Source of the DNA: a virus
Taxonomy: Duplodnaviria > Heunggongvirae > Uroviricota > Caudoviricetes
Strand: one strand, 5' to 3'
DNA length: 44,866 nt
Virus record (IMG/VR): IMGVR_UViG_2579778842_000011
Coordinates: 1-44,866 of that record
Shown: positions 1 through 9,865 of the stretch, piece by piece
Position numbering within the stretch: the first letter of the stretch is position 1
How the letters are laid out: the number at the start of each line of letters is the position of its first letter
The notes under the pieces: model-generated
Database searches by the model: none
What the model saw: only the letters and a program-made list of their open reading frames with translations
Told to the model about the DNA's origin: nothing
Program-made: the position numbers and the translations under genes

Positions 1-672
1 ACGGTCCGGGATGATGCCGGCAGCCTGGGCGGATACCTGAATCTGACACACACGTCCTCCGGCCTGTGGGCTGACATTGTGGCACAGGGAACCCGCCACA
101 GCATGAAAGCGTCATCGGACAATAACGACTTCCGCGCCCGGGGCTGGGGCTGGCTGGGCTCACTGGAAACCGGTCTGCCCTTCAGTATCACTGACAACCT
201 GATGCTGGAGCCACAACTGCAGTACACCTGGCAGGGGCTCTCCCTGGATGACGGCCAGGATAACGCCGGTTATGTGAAGTTCGGGCATGGCAGTACACAA
301 CATGTGCGTGCCGGCTTCCGTCTGGGCAGCCACAACGATATGACCTTTGGCAAAGGCACCTCATCCCGTGACACTCTGCGCGACAGTACAAAACACGGTG
401 TGAGTGAACTGCCTGTGAACTGGTGGGTACAGCCTTCTGTTATCCGCACCTTCAGCTCCCGGGGAGACTTGAGCATGGGGACAGCCGCCGCCGGCAGTAA
501 CATGACGTTCTCACCGTCCCGGAATGGCACGTCACTGGACCTGCAGGCCGGACTGGAAGCCCGTGTCCGGGAAAATATCACCCTGGGCGTTCAGGCCGGT
601 TATGCCCACAGCGTCAGCGGCAGCAGCGCTGAAGGTTATAACGGTCAGGCCACGCTGAATGTGACTTTCTGA
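1..672 (+). CDS. flu: Autotransporter adhesin (antigen 43-like), C-terminal beta-barrel translocator domain; 5' end lies outside the window
   Basis: Frame is open from base 1 into the 79..672 track ORF; ends ...[12 protein letters not shown] with terminal aromatic residue typical of autotransporter beta-domains; followed by a hairpin terminator. Confidence 0.7.
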   Translation, partial: TVRDDAGSLGGYLNLTHTSSGLWADIVAQGTRHSMKASSDNNDFRARGWGWLGSLETGLPFSITDNLMLEPQLQYTWQGLSLDDGQDNAGYVKFGHGSTQHVRAGFRLGSHNDMTFGKGTSSRDTLRDSTKHGVSELPVNWWVQPSVIRTFSSRGDLSMGTAAAGSNMTFSPSRNGTSLDLQAGLEARVRENITLGVQAGYAHSVSGSSAEGYNGQATLNVTF

Positions 673-693
673 TAATCAGGTCACACCCCTTCA

Positions 694-722
694 GGCCCCG
701 GTCATCATGACCGGGGCCTTTT
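694..722 (+). terminator. Rho-independent terminator after the autotransporter gene
   Basis: GGCCCCGG..CCGGGGCC inverted repeat followed by TTTT. Confidence 0.6.
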
Positions 723-742
723 ACTTACAGGGAGCAACAGAT

Positions 743-976
743 ATGCCGGGTTGTACATCACGTTTATTGCCCGAAGGCCCTTTCTCACGCAACCAGGCTC
801 TTGCCGTCACAACGGCTTACCTTAATGTGCTTATTGAAGATGACCAGGGAACGCATTTCCGGCTGGTGATCCGCAACGCTGAAGGCCAGTTGCGCTGGCG
901 GTGCTGGAATTTTGAACCTGATGCCGGAAAACAGCTAAATCCGTATCTCGCCAGTGAGGGAATTCTCAGGCAATAA
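743..976 (+). CDS. DUF905-like small protein (YkfF-like) of CP4-type islands
   Basis: Internal ATG at 743 preceded by GGAG at 8 nt; motif [17 protein letters not shown]...HFRLV...WNFEPDAG resembles recalled YkfF family. Confidence 0.55.
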   Translation: MPGCTSRLLPEGPFSRNQALAVTTAYLNVLIEDDQGTHFRLVIRNAEGQLRWRCWNFEPDAGKQLNPYLASEGILRQ

Positions 977-999
977 ACGTCATTCACTTGATCCATCAG

Positions 1000-1030
1000 G
1001 CCGCGTCTTCTCCGGAAGACGCGGCTTTTT
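1000..1030 (+). terminator. Rho-independent terminator
   Basis: GCCGCGTCTTC-TCCG-GAAGACGCGGC stem-loop followed by TTTTT. Confidence 0.7.
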
Positions 1031-1066
1031 CATTTATACCGCTTAATCATTCATAAGGAGCCAATT

Positions 1067-1885
1067 ATGCGATTAGCCAGCCGTTTTGGTTATGTAAATC
1101 AGATCCGCCGGGAGCGCCCGCTGACACGCGAAGAACTGATGTACCACGTCCCGAGTATTTTTGCGGAAGACCGGCACACCTCCCGCAGTGAACGGTATGC
1201 GTACATTCCCACCATCACCGTCCTGGAAAATCTGCAGCGGGAAGGCTTTCAGCCGTTCTTCGCCTGCCAGACCCGTGTGCGCGACCAGAGCCGCCGGGAA
1301 TATACCAAACATATGCTGCGTCTGCGACGGGCCGGACAGATAACCGGTCAGCATGTGCCTGAAATTATTCTGCTCAACTCCCATGACGGTTCATCCAGCT
1401 ACCAGATGTTACCCGGATATTTTCGTGCCATCTGCACCAATGGCCTGGTCTGCGGTCAGTCGCTGGGAGAAGTCCGGGTGCCACACCGGGGAAACGTGGT
1501 GGACAGTGTGATTGAAGGTGCTTACGAGGTGGTGGGGGTTTTTGACCGGATTGAAGAAAAGCGTGACGCCATGCAGTCGCTGGTCCTGCCGCCACCGTCA
1601 CGCCAGGCGCTGGCACAGGCGGCACTGACTTACCGTTATGGTGACGAACATCAGCCCGTCACCACCGCCGACATTCTGACGCCACGACGCCGGGAGGATT
1701 ACGGTAAGGACCTGTGGAGTGCTTATCAGACCATCCAGGAGAATATGCTGAAAGGCGGGATTTCCGGTCGCAGTGCCAGAGGAAAACGTATCCATACCCG
1801 TGCCATTCACAGCATCGACACGGACATTAAGCTCAATCGCGCATTGTGGGTGATGGCAGAAACACTGCTGAAGAGTATGCGCTGA
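1067..1885 (+). CDS. DUF932-like protein (YfjQ-like) of CP4-type islands
   Basis: 272 aa ORF with AAGGAG RBS; N-terminus MRLASRFGYVNQIRRERPLTREEL matches recalled YfjQ-like family. Confidence 0.55.
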   Translation: MRLASRFGYVNQIRRERPLTREELMYHVPSIFAEDRHTSRSERYAYIPTITVLENLQREGFQPFFACQTRVRDQSRREYTKHMLRLRRAGQITGQHVPEIILLNSHDGSSSYQMLPGYFRAICTNGLVCGQSLGEVRVPHRGNVVDSVIEGAYEVVGVFDRIEEKRDAMQSLVLPPPSRQALAQAALTYRYGDEHQPVTTADILTPRRREDYGKDLWSAYQTIQENMLKGGISGRSARGKRIHTRAIHSIDTDIKLNRALWVMAETLLKSMR

Positions 1886-1975
1886 TGCCTTTTCCCTGAA
1901 AGCGCAGTTCTGACTCATGTCCGTCCCTGCCCCGCGACTTCTTCCATTCATTTACTTTTTATAAGGAATAATCTC

Positions 1976-2461
1976 ATGACAACCGTTTTGCATAATTCCA
2001 CCACACCTTCTGTTTCCGTAACCGCTGTATCAGAGAATAACCCGCCTCAACTGGTTGCCACCCTCGTCCCTGATGAACAGCGCATCAGCTTCTGGCCGCA
2101 GCATTTTGGCCTCATTCCACAGTGGGTGACCCTGGAGCCCCGTGTCTTCGGCTGGATGGATCGTCTGTGCGAAGACTACTGCGGTGGTATCTGGAATCTG
2201 TACACCCTGAACAACGGCGGGGCATTTATGGCACCCGAACCGGATGACGATGATGACGAAACATGGGTACTGTTCAGTACCATGAACGGTAACCGCGCTG
2301 AAATGAGCCCGGAAGCCGCCGGCATTGCTGCCTGTCTGATGACGTACAGCCATCATGCCTGTCGTACGGAGTGTTATGCCATGACGGTCCATTATTACCG
2401 GCTGCGGGATTACGCCCTGCAGCATCCGGAATGCAACGCCATTATGCGCATCATTGACTGA
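1976..2461 (+). CDS. Antirestriction protein (ArdB/KlcA family, YfjX/YafX-like)
   Basis: 161 aa; acidic DDDDDE stretch and conserved C-terminal half typical of CP4-island antirestriction proteins; AAGGA RBS. Confidence 0.7.
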   Translation: MTTVLHNSTTPSVSVTAVSENNPPQLVATLVPDEQRISFWPQHFGLIPQWVTLEPRVFGWMDRLCEDYCGGIWNLYTLNNGGAFMAPEPDDDDDETWVLFSTMNGNRAEMSPEAAGIAACLMTYSHHACRTECYAMTVHYYRLRDYALQHPECNAIMRIID

Positions 2462-2475
2462 AAGGGGCCGGAACA

Positions 2476-2952
2476 ATGCAACAGCTTTCCTTTCTGCCCG
2501 GAGAGATGACGCCCGGCGAGCGCAGCCTCATTCAGCGGGCCCTGAAAACCCTGGACCGCCATCTTCATGAACCCGGCGTGGCCTTCACCTCCACGCATGC
2601 GGCACGGGAGTGGCTGATTCTGAACATGGCGGGACTGGAGCGGGAAGAGTTCCGGGTGCTGTATCTGAACAACCAGAATCAGCTGATTGCCGGTGAAACC
2701 CTCTTCACCGGCACCATCAACCGCACGGAAGTCCATCCCCGGGAAGTGATTAAACGTGCCCTGTACCACAATGCCGCCGCCGTGATACTGGCACACAACC
2801 ACCCGTCCGGTGAAGTCACACCCAGCAAGGCAGACCGCCTTATCACGGAACGTCTGGTACAGGCACTGGGCCTGGTGGATATCCGGGTGCCGGACCATCT
2901 GATAGTCGGTGGCAGCCAGGTTTTCTCCTTTGCGGAACACGGCCTGCTTTAA
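2476..2952 (+). CDS. RadC-like JAB/MPN domain protein (YeeS/YfjY/YkfG-like)
   Basis: 158 aa; JAMM-type motif HNHPSG...S..D present. Confidence 0.85.
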   Translation: MQQLSFLPGEMTPGERSLIQRALKTLDRHLHEPGVAFTSTHAAREWLILNMAGLEREEFRVLYLNNQNQLIAGETLFTGTINRTEVHPREVIKRALYHNAAAVILAHNHPSGEVTPSKADRLITERLVQALGLVDIRVPDHLIVGGSQVFSFAEHGLL

Positions 2953-3020
2953 CCCGTCACCGTCACAACCACATCACACCTGTTTTCACTTTTATCTTCT
3001 GTCTTCAGAGGTATCCCATT

Positions 3021-3242
3021 ATGAAAATCATCACCCGTGGTGAAGCCATGCGTATTCACCAACAGCATCCTGCATCCCGTCTTTTTCCGTTCTGTACCGG
3101 CAAATACCGCTGGCACGGCAGCACTGAAACGTATACCGGTCGTGAAGTGCAGGATATTCCCGGTGTGCTGGCCGTGTTTGCTGAACGCCGTAAGGACAGT
3201 TTTGGCCCGTATGTCCGGCTGATGAGCGTCACTCTGAACTGA
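3021..3242 (+). CDS. DUF987 protein (YeeT-like)
   Basis: 73 aa; near-identical by eye to recalled YeeT (MKIITRGEAMRIHQQHP...YVRLMSVTLN). Confidence 0.8.
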   Translation: MKIITRGEAMRIHQQHPASRLFPFCTGKYRWHGSTETYTGREVQDIPGVLAVFAERRKDSFGPYVRLMSVTLN

Positions 3243-3260
3243 GTCAGTAAGGGCATTCTG

Positions 3261-3905
3261 ATGAGCAGAATTATCACCACCACCGTGTATACACTGCATG
3301 AGCTATCCTCCACCGCACAGGAAAAAGCCCGCGACTGGTACCGTCAGCATCATGCTGACAGCAACTGGTATGAAAACGTGTATGAAGACTTCAGGGAGGT
3401 CTGTGGCATTTTCGGAATTGACCTCCGCCAGCGCGTTTTCCGGCTCAGCAACGGCAGGTTTATGGAAGAGCCGTGCATCTGGTTCAGCGGATTCTGCGGC
3501 CAGGGAGACGGAGCCTGTTTTGAAGGACGCTGGCACTGGCAGCCAGCGGCACCCCGGAAAATCAGGGAATATGCCCCGCAGAACCGTGAGCTTCATCGTA
3601 TCTCGGATGCCCTGCAGGTGGTGCAGAAACGTAACTTCTGGCAACTGCAGACTGAAATCCACCACCGGGGACGCGACTGCCATCCGTACAGCATGGATAT
3701 CACGGTTACCCGGAACAGTCCGACTGGTCAGGCTATGACAACCGATGCGGAAGCCGCAGTCAGCGAAGCCCTGCGCGACCTGGCCTTCTGGTTGTACCGT
3801 CAACTGGAAAACGAGTACGACTGGCTGACCTCAGACGCCGCTGTGGATGAGGCCCTTCTCATCAACGAATACACCTTCACCGAAGCCGGTCTGCGCGCCG
3901 GCTGA
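3261..3905 (+). CDS. Hypothetical protein (island accessory gene)
   Basis: 214 aa ORF in same orientation between DUF987 and the antitoxin; no recognisable motif. Confidence 0.4.
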   Translation: MSRIITTTVYTLHELSSTAQEKARDWYRQHHADSNWYENVYEDFREVCGIFGIDLRQRVFRLSNGRFMEEPCIWFSGFCGQGDGACFEGRWHWQPAAPRKIREYAPQNRELHRISDALQVVQKRNFWQLQTEIHHRGRDCHPYSMDITVTRNSPTGQAMTTDAEAAVSEALRDLAFWLYRQLENEYDWLTSDAAVDEALLINEYTFTEAGLRAG

Positions 3906-3954
3906 CTCGTCATCGTTAAACTATCATTCACCGATTTTCTGTAAGGATTTTATC

Positions 3955-4323
3955 GTGTCAGACTCACTCCATGAAACAAATTATCCCGACGATAACAACG
4001 ACCGCCCCTGGTGGGGGCTACCCTGCACCGTGACGCCCTGTTTTGGGGCACGTCTGGTGCAGGAGGGTAACCGGTTGCATTACCTTGCCGACCGTGCCGG
4101 TATCAGAGGCCGGTTCAGCGACGCGGATGCGTACCACCTGGACCAGGCCCTTCCGCTGCTGATGAAACAACTGGAGCTCATGCTCACCAGCGGTGAACTG
4201 AATCCCCGCCATCAGCATACCGTCACGCTGTATGCCAGAGGGCTGACCTGCAAAGCCGATACCCTCAGCAGTTGTGGTTACGTTTATCTGGCTGTTTATC
4301 CGACGCCCAAAATGAAAAATTAA
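3955..4323 (+). CDS. Type IV antitoxin, CbeA/YeeU/YfjZ/YafW family
   Basis: GTG start at 3955 after AAGGA; ...DRPWWGLPCTVTPCFGARLVQEGNRLHYLADRAGI...VYLAVYPTP matches recalled YeeU; immediately upstream of the toxin gene. Confidence 0.85.
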   Translation: MSDSLHETNYPDDNNDRPWWGLPCTVTPCFGARLVQEGNRLHYLADRAGIRGRFSDADAYHLDQALPLLMKQLELMLTSGELNPRHQHTVTLYARGLTCKADTLSSCGYVYLAVYPTPKMKN

Positions 4324-4411
4324 CTCTCCAGAATAGCCTTCTGCTACGGCCTGGTGTTTTCACCACGCCACTTTCCCATTTTTATATCTGCATATCAGGA
4401 AAATCTTCAGT

Positions 4412-4789
4412 ATGAAAACATTACCTGTATTACCCGGGCAGGCGGCCAGTTCTCGCCCGTCTCCTGTTGAAATCTGGCAGATACTGCTGTCCCGACTGCT
4501 GGACCAGCACTACGGCCTCACACTGAATGACACACCGTTTGCCGATGAACGTGTGATTGAGCAGCATATTGAAGCTGGCATTTCACTGTGTGATGCGGTG
4601 AACTTTCTCGTGGAAAAATACGCACTGGTGCGTACCGACCAGCCGGGATTCAGCGCCTGTACCCACTCTCAGTTAATAAACAGCATCGATATCCTCCGGG
4701 CCCGCCGGGCGACAGGCCTGATGACCCGCGACAATTACAGAACGGTAAATAACATTACCTTGGGTAAACATCCGGGGGCGAAACAATGA
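4412..4789 (+). CDS. Type IV toxin, CbtA/YeeV/YkfI/YpjF family (cytoskeleton-targeting)
   Basis: 125 aa; MKTLPVLPGQAASSRPSPVEIWQILLSRLLDQHYGLTLNDTPF... essentially as recalled for YeeV. Confidence 0.85.
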   Translation: MKTLPVLPGQAASSRPSPVEIWQILLSRLLDQHYGLTLNDTPFADERVIEQHIEAGISLCDAVNFLVEKYALVRTDQPGFSACTHSQLINSIDILRARRATGLMTRDNYRTVNNITLGKHPGAKQ

Positions 4790-5274
4790 AACTGGCCCTG
4801 ACGCTGGAAGCCGACAGCATTAACGTGCAGGCACTGAACATGGGGCGAATTGTCGCTGACGTCGATGGTGTTAATCTCACTGAACTGATTAACAAGGTCG
4901 CTGAAAACGGTTATTCACTCCGCGTGGTGGAGGAATCCGACCAACAGTCAACCTGCACACTACCACCGTTTGCAACCCTTGCCGGCATACGCTGCAGTAC
5001 CGCACATATCACGGAAAAGGATAACGCCTGGCTGTACTCGCTGTCACACCAGACCAGTGACTTCGGTGAATCAGAATGGATTCATTTCACAGGTAGCGGA
5101 TATCTGTTACGTACCGATGCGTGGTCATATCCGGTTCTGCGGCTCAAGCGCCTGGGGCTGTCAAAAACGTTCCGTCGTCTGGTTGTCACACTCATCCAAC
5201 GTTATGGCGTCAGTCTCATTCATCTGGATGCCAGCGCTGAATGTCTGCCGGACCTGCCCACTTTCGACTGGTAA
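4786..5274 (+). CDS. YeeW-like protein
   Basis: 162 aa ORF whose ATGA start overlaps the toxin stop, as in yeeV-yeeW arrangements. Confidence 0.55.
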   Translation: MKLALTLEADSINVQALNMGRIVADVDGVNLTELINKVAENGYSLRVVEESDQQSTCTLPPFATLAGIRCSTAHITEKDNAWLYSLSHQTSDFGESEWIHFTGSGYLLRTDAWSYPVLRLKRLGLSKTFRRLVVTLIQRYGVSLIHLDASAECLPDLPTFDW

Positions 5275-5285
5275 CCAGGAACAAC

Positions 5286-5483
5286 ATGAAATCATTAACC
5301 ACGGAAACCGCACTGGATATTCTGATTGCGTGGCTACAGGACAATATCGACTGCGAATCGGGAATTATCTTTGACAACGATGAGGATAAAACGGATTCGG
5401 CAGCACTGCTGCCCTGCATTGAACAGGCCAGGGAGGATATCCGTACCCTGCGCCAGTTGCAGTTTCTGCAACAGAACCAGTGA
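5286..5483 (+). CDS. Small hypothetical protein (DUF957-like?)
   Basis: ATG at 5286 preceded by CAGGA; 65 aa; position after yeeW-like gene. Confidence 0.4.
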   Translation: MKSLTTETALDILIAWLQDNIDCESGIIFDNDEDKTDSAALLPCIEQAREDIRTLRQLQFLQQNQ

Positions 5484-5567
5484 GTCTTACTCACCAGACT
5501 TCATTCCACTGACGCCAGCCTGAACAGGGCTGGCGTTTTCATTTATCTGCAAAAAGGAATATCGATT

Positions 5568-6410
5568 ATGTCTGATATCACAGCCTCCCGTCCGGAAGTG
5601 GTCAACGGGCATACGGACGTTATCTGCTCAACCAGTATCCGCCACATTCTGACTGTACGAAAGAGTACGCTGCTGCAAATCGACACACTTATCCGGCAAC
5701 TGGCTGAAATCTCAGCAATGACAGAAAGTATTGGCGGTAAAACCGCACTGGACTGGGCGATGAAACAGGATTTTCGCTGTGGCTGCTGGCTGATGGAAAA
5801 ACCGGAAGCAGCAATGAAAGCCATCACCCGCAATCTCGATCGAGAAATCTGGCGTGACCTGATGCAACGTTCCGGGATGCTGTCATTAATGGATGCGCAG
5901 GCCCGTGATACATGGTACCGGTCACTGGAGTACGATAATTTTCCGGAAATCAGCGAAGCGAACATCCTGAGCACATTTGAACAACTGCACCAGAATAAGG
6001 ATGAGGTGTTTGAGCGAGGGGTGATCAACGTCTTCAGAGGGTTGAGCTGGAATTACAAAACCAACTCCCCCTGTAAATTTGGTAATAAAATTATCGTCAA
6101 CAATCTGGTGAGATGGGACCGGTGGGGATTTCATCTGAACAGCGGGCAACAGGCAGATCGACTTGCCGACCTGGAAAGAATGCTGCACCTGTTCAGCGGC
6201 AAACCAATCCCCGACAACCGGGGAAACATCACCCTTCGTCTGGATGATCACATTCAGTCTGTTCAGGGTAAAGAGAGCTATGAAGATGAGATGTTCAGCA
6301 TCAGATACTTTAAGAAGGGCTCCGCACACATCACGTTCAGGAAACCAGAACTGGTTGACAGACTGAATGATATTATCGCAAAACACTATCCTGACATGCT
6401 GGCAGTATAG
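5568..6410 (+). CDS. Hypothetical protein, last gene of the island before serX
   Basis: 280 aa ORF with AAGGA RBS; no recognisable catalytic motif. Confidence 0.45.
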   Translation: MSDITASRPEVVNGHTDVICSTSIRHILTVRKSTLLQIDTLIRQLAEISAMTESIGGKTALDWAMKQDFRCGCWLMEKPEAAMKAITRNLDREIWRDLMQRSGMLSLMDAQARDTWYRSLEYDNFPEISEANILSTFEQLHQNKDEVFERGVINVFRGLSWNYKTNSPCKFGNKIIVNNLVRWDRWGFHLNSGQQADRLADLERMLHLFSGKPIPDNRGNITLRLDDHIQSVQGKESYEDEMFSIRYFKKGSAHITFRKPELVDRLNDIIAKHYPDMLAV

Positions 6411-6518
6411 CTTTGCCAGTATGCTCAAAGATCGGAAATTGTCCGATAAGATATGATCGCGGGGCATATAAACCGGTTTCAGATGGCATACCCGATGGCA
6501 TACTGTCCGGAAGGATAA

Positions 6519-6554
6519 ATAAAAAAGCGCATGTTAAACAATAACATGCGCTTA
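6519..6554 (-). terminator. Rho-independent terminator downstream of tRNA-Ser
   Basis: On minus strand AAGCGCATGTT..AACATGCGCTT hairpin followed by TTTTTT. Confidence 0.7.
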
Positions 6555-6559
6555 TAATC

Positions 6560-6647
6560 TGGCGGTGAGGGGGGGATTCGAACCCCCGATACGTTGCCGT
6601 ATACACACTTTCCAGGCGTGCTCCTTCAGCCACTCGGACACCTCACC
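6560..6647 (-). tRNA. serX: tRNA-Ser (anticodon GGA)
   Basis: Reverse complement reads GGTGAGGTGTCCGAGTGG...CCTGGAAAG...GGTTCGAATCCCCCCCTCACCGCCA: 88 nt, long variable arm, GGA anticodon loop, CCA end; adjacent to ghrA as at the serX locus. Confidence 0.9.
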
Positions 6648-6841
6648 AAATTGTCGTTCCTGTCTTGCTGGAACGGGCGCTAATTTAGGGAAATCATGAC
6701 CTGAGGTCAACAAACTTTTTTAAAAAATCGCGCGTTTATTCAAACTTCAATCAATATGCAGTTTTAATAAGCGAAATCTGCTTTTTTTGCCACCGACCAC
6801 GGATTTGTTATGCTGGTGGCTTTTGTAGATCATAACGATAA

Positions 6842-7819
<978 letters not shown>

Positions 7820-7858
7820 TAAAGCATCAGGATTCCTGCTATCCTTGGCGGGAATTGA

Positions 7859-8299
<441 letters not shown>

Positions 8300-8350
8300 C
8301 TAAAATTTTTATTCATCGAATCGTTTGATTGATTAGTGAGCGGTTGAACG

Positions 8351-8405
8351 AAAAAAGATGAAAAAACTTCGAAAAAATTTCAAAAAAGACTTGACAAAAT
8401 CAAAA
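8351..8405. repeat. Phased A-tract array (predicted intrinsically bent DNA)
   Basis: A6 tracts at 8351, 8361, 8372, 8382 plus A4 tracts at 8395 and 8402, i.e. about 10-11 bp periodicity. Confidence 0.6.
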
Positions 8406-8642
8406 GGTACTGTTCCACGGGTGAAATAAAGGGAGTTTTCGGCACCCCGGTTTTTGATGTGCGTGTGAGATTTCAAAACAGGTGCAGTGCAGCCCACCAG
8501 CGCGGTCGCTACGCGACTATTAACACCCGCTAATCCCTTTCCCCGCCTCGATCTTTCCCTTCGTTATAAAGCGTTTTAGGCGCTCTCCTGAATGCGCAGA
8601 TCAGATAAATAATTTTACGCAAATTTAATGGAGGATAACCGG

Positions 8643-9197
8643 ATGAAAGAAGAATTAACCCTTACAGAAATTTCCCGCTTATACGGCTATACAATTAACG
8701 CCGCTAAGAAATGGCAAGAACGAGGAATGCCATTTAACACCAATACCCGCCGCGTACCAGCCAAAGAGGGGACCGAGTGGGTATTAAAAAATATCATCAA
8801 CCCGCTTAAAGAAACTACTGTCAAAGAACAAATCGACGTAGAAAAATTACGCCGTGAGAGAGCATTAGCGGATGCAGCCGAACGAGAGAACCAGGAAGCA
8901 ATGAATCTCCTGATTCCCGTCGGTTATGTAGAACAGCAACTAGCGGAATATTGCGGGAAAGTGAAGCAGACTATTTTGCAGATCGCCACAATCGACGCTT
9001 TAGAAATTCTCGAATCTGCCACTGACCAGAAAACATTAAAGAATAAGCTAAGGGAGATTATCGAGCGTCGTTTAAATGAAGTAGGGGACTTGTTCGAAAA
9101 TGCAGATTTGGGAGAAGACGAGGAAGAAGAATTACCATTAATGGATGAACCGGAAGAACAAGAACCAGAAGAAGACGATGAATTTGATGTGTCTTAA
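8643..9197 (+). CDS. Nu1-like winged-helix DNA-binding protein (terminase small subunit or recombination directionality factor candidate)
   Basis: ATG 8643 with GGAGG RBS; LTLTEISRLYGYTINAAKKWQERGMPF and EKLRRERALADAA resemble recalled lambda Nu1 N-terminus; acidic C-terminal tail. Confidence 0.45.
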   Translation: MKEELTLTEISRLYGYTINAAKKWQERGMPFNTNTRRVPAKEGTEWVLKNIINPLKETTVKEQIDVEKLRRERALADAAERENQEAMNLLIPVGYVEQQLAEYCGKVKQTILQIATIDALEILESATDQKTLKNKLREIIERRLNEVGDLFENADLGEDEEEELPLMDEPEEQEPEEDDEFDVS

Positions 9198-9203
9198 AAC
9201 GCG

Positions 9204-9220
9204 TTATAAATAATAGTGAG
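9204..9220 (+). promoter_or_regulatory. Recurrent 17-mer TTATAAATAATAGTGAG (copy 1), putative promoter -10/operator element
   Basis: Same motif recurs at 11159-11175 (minus), 12437-12453 and as a variant at 41018-41036, each 35-90 nt upstream of a gene start. Confidence 0.4.
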
Positions 9221-9246
9221 AAAGATGTTGAACGGGTCAACGTCTA

Positions 9247-9275
9247 CGGGGGAGAACATCCCCCGCTTAACTTTT
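9247..9275 (+). terminator. Hairpin, possible weak terminator/attenuator
   Basis: CGGGGGA-GAACA-TCCCCCG stem-loop followed by CTTAACTTTT. Confidence 0.3.
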
Positions 9276-9291
9276 AAGAGGATATAAAACT

Positions 9292-9576
9292 ATGGCTACT
9301 TTTATTACCTATGCTGTCACCATTACTATTCTGGCTGCTATCTCTGCTTATAAACTCGGAACCGAACCGAAAGAACGAGGCGAATTATTCTTAGGTGCGT
9401 TTGTTGCATTTGCTAGCCTTGCGTTAATTGTCGAAGGAATTTCTTATATTGTTGGCCTAGTTAGTATGACACTTTTTAACTTCCATCCAACTATTGCTAT
9501 GCATTTGATGCTGACCGTACTTTGGGTATATTGCTTAATCGAATTTTTAACGTTTGTTTTCAAACAGACTAAATAA
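9292..9576 (+). CDS. Small membrane protein (three predicted hydrophobic helices)
   Basis: 94 aa; AGAGGA RBS 9 nt upstream; three hydrophobic segments. Confidence 0.5.
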   Translation: MATFITYAVTITILAAISAYKLGTEPKERGELFLGAFVAFASLALIVEGISYIVGLVSMTLFNFHPTIAMHLMLTVLWVYCLIEFLTFVFKQTK

Positions 9577-9840
9577 TATTGTAATCTGCCTTTTCTCCTT
9601 ATGTGGTTTTAACAGGGAGCTTTCGAAAGAGAGTTCCCGATTAAAAGCCATAAAACACATTCAGTACAGTGTTTTCATAGTCAGTGATCTATACAACATA
9701 AAAACATAACAAGTATAGATTGAGTATTAATCCTCCCGCCTCGAAAGGGGCGGTTATTTTTCTGGCTTTACTGGATAATGTAGCATTATGTTCATTATAA
9801 ATCCTCATCTTTGTTGTGCAAACCTAACCTAAACTTACTA

Positions 9841-9865
9841 GGGACTCTTCGGAGTCCCTTTTTTT
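9841..9865. terminator. Bidirectional rho-independent terminator between convergent transcription units
   Basis: GGGACTC-TTCG-GAGTCCC followed by T7 on plus strand; overlaps the stop codon of the minus-strand 313 aa gene. Confidence 0.7.

Noticed and set aside
9204-9220. Interpretation of TATAAATA as T4-type late promoters
   Set aside because: The motif matches the T4 late -10 consensus, but no gp55/gp33-like late sigma is evident and the motif precedes early or accessory genes, so a sigma70 promoter/operator is the more economical reading.
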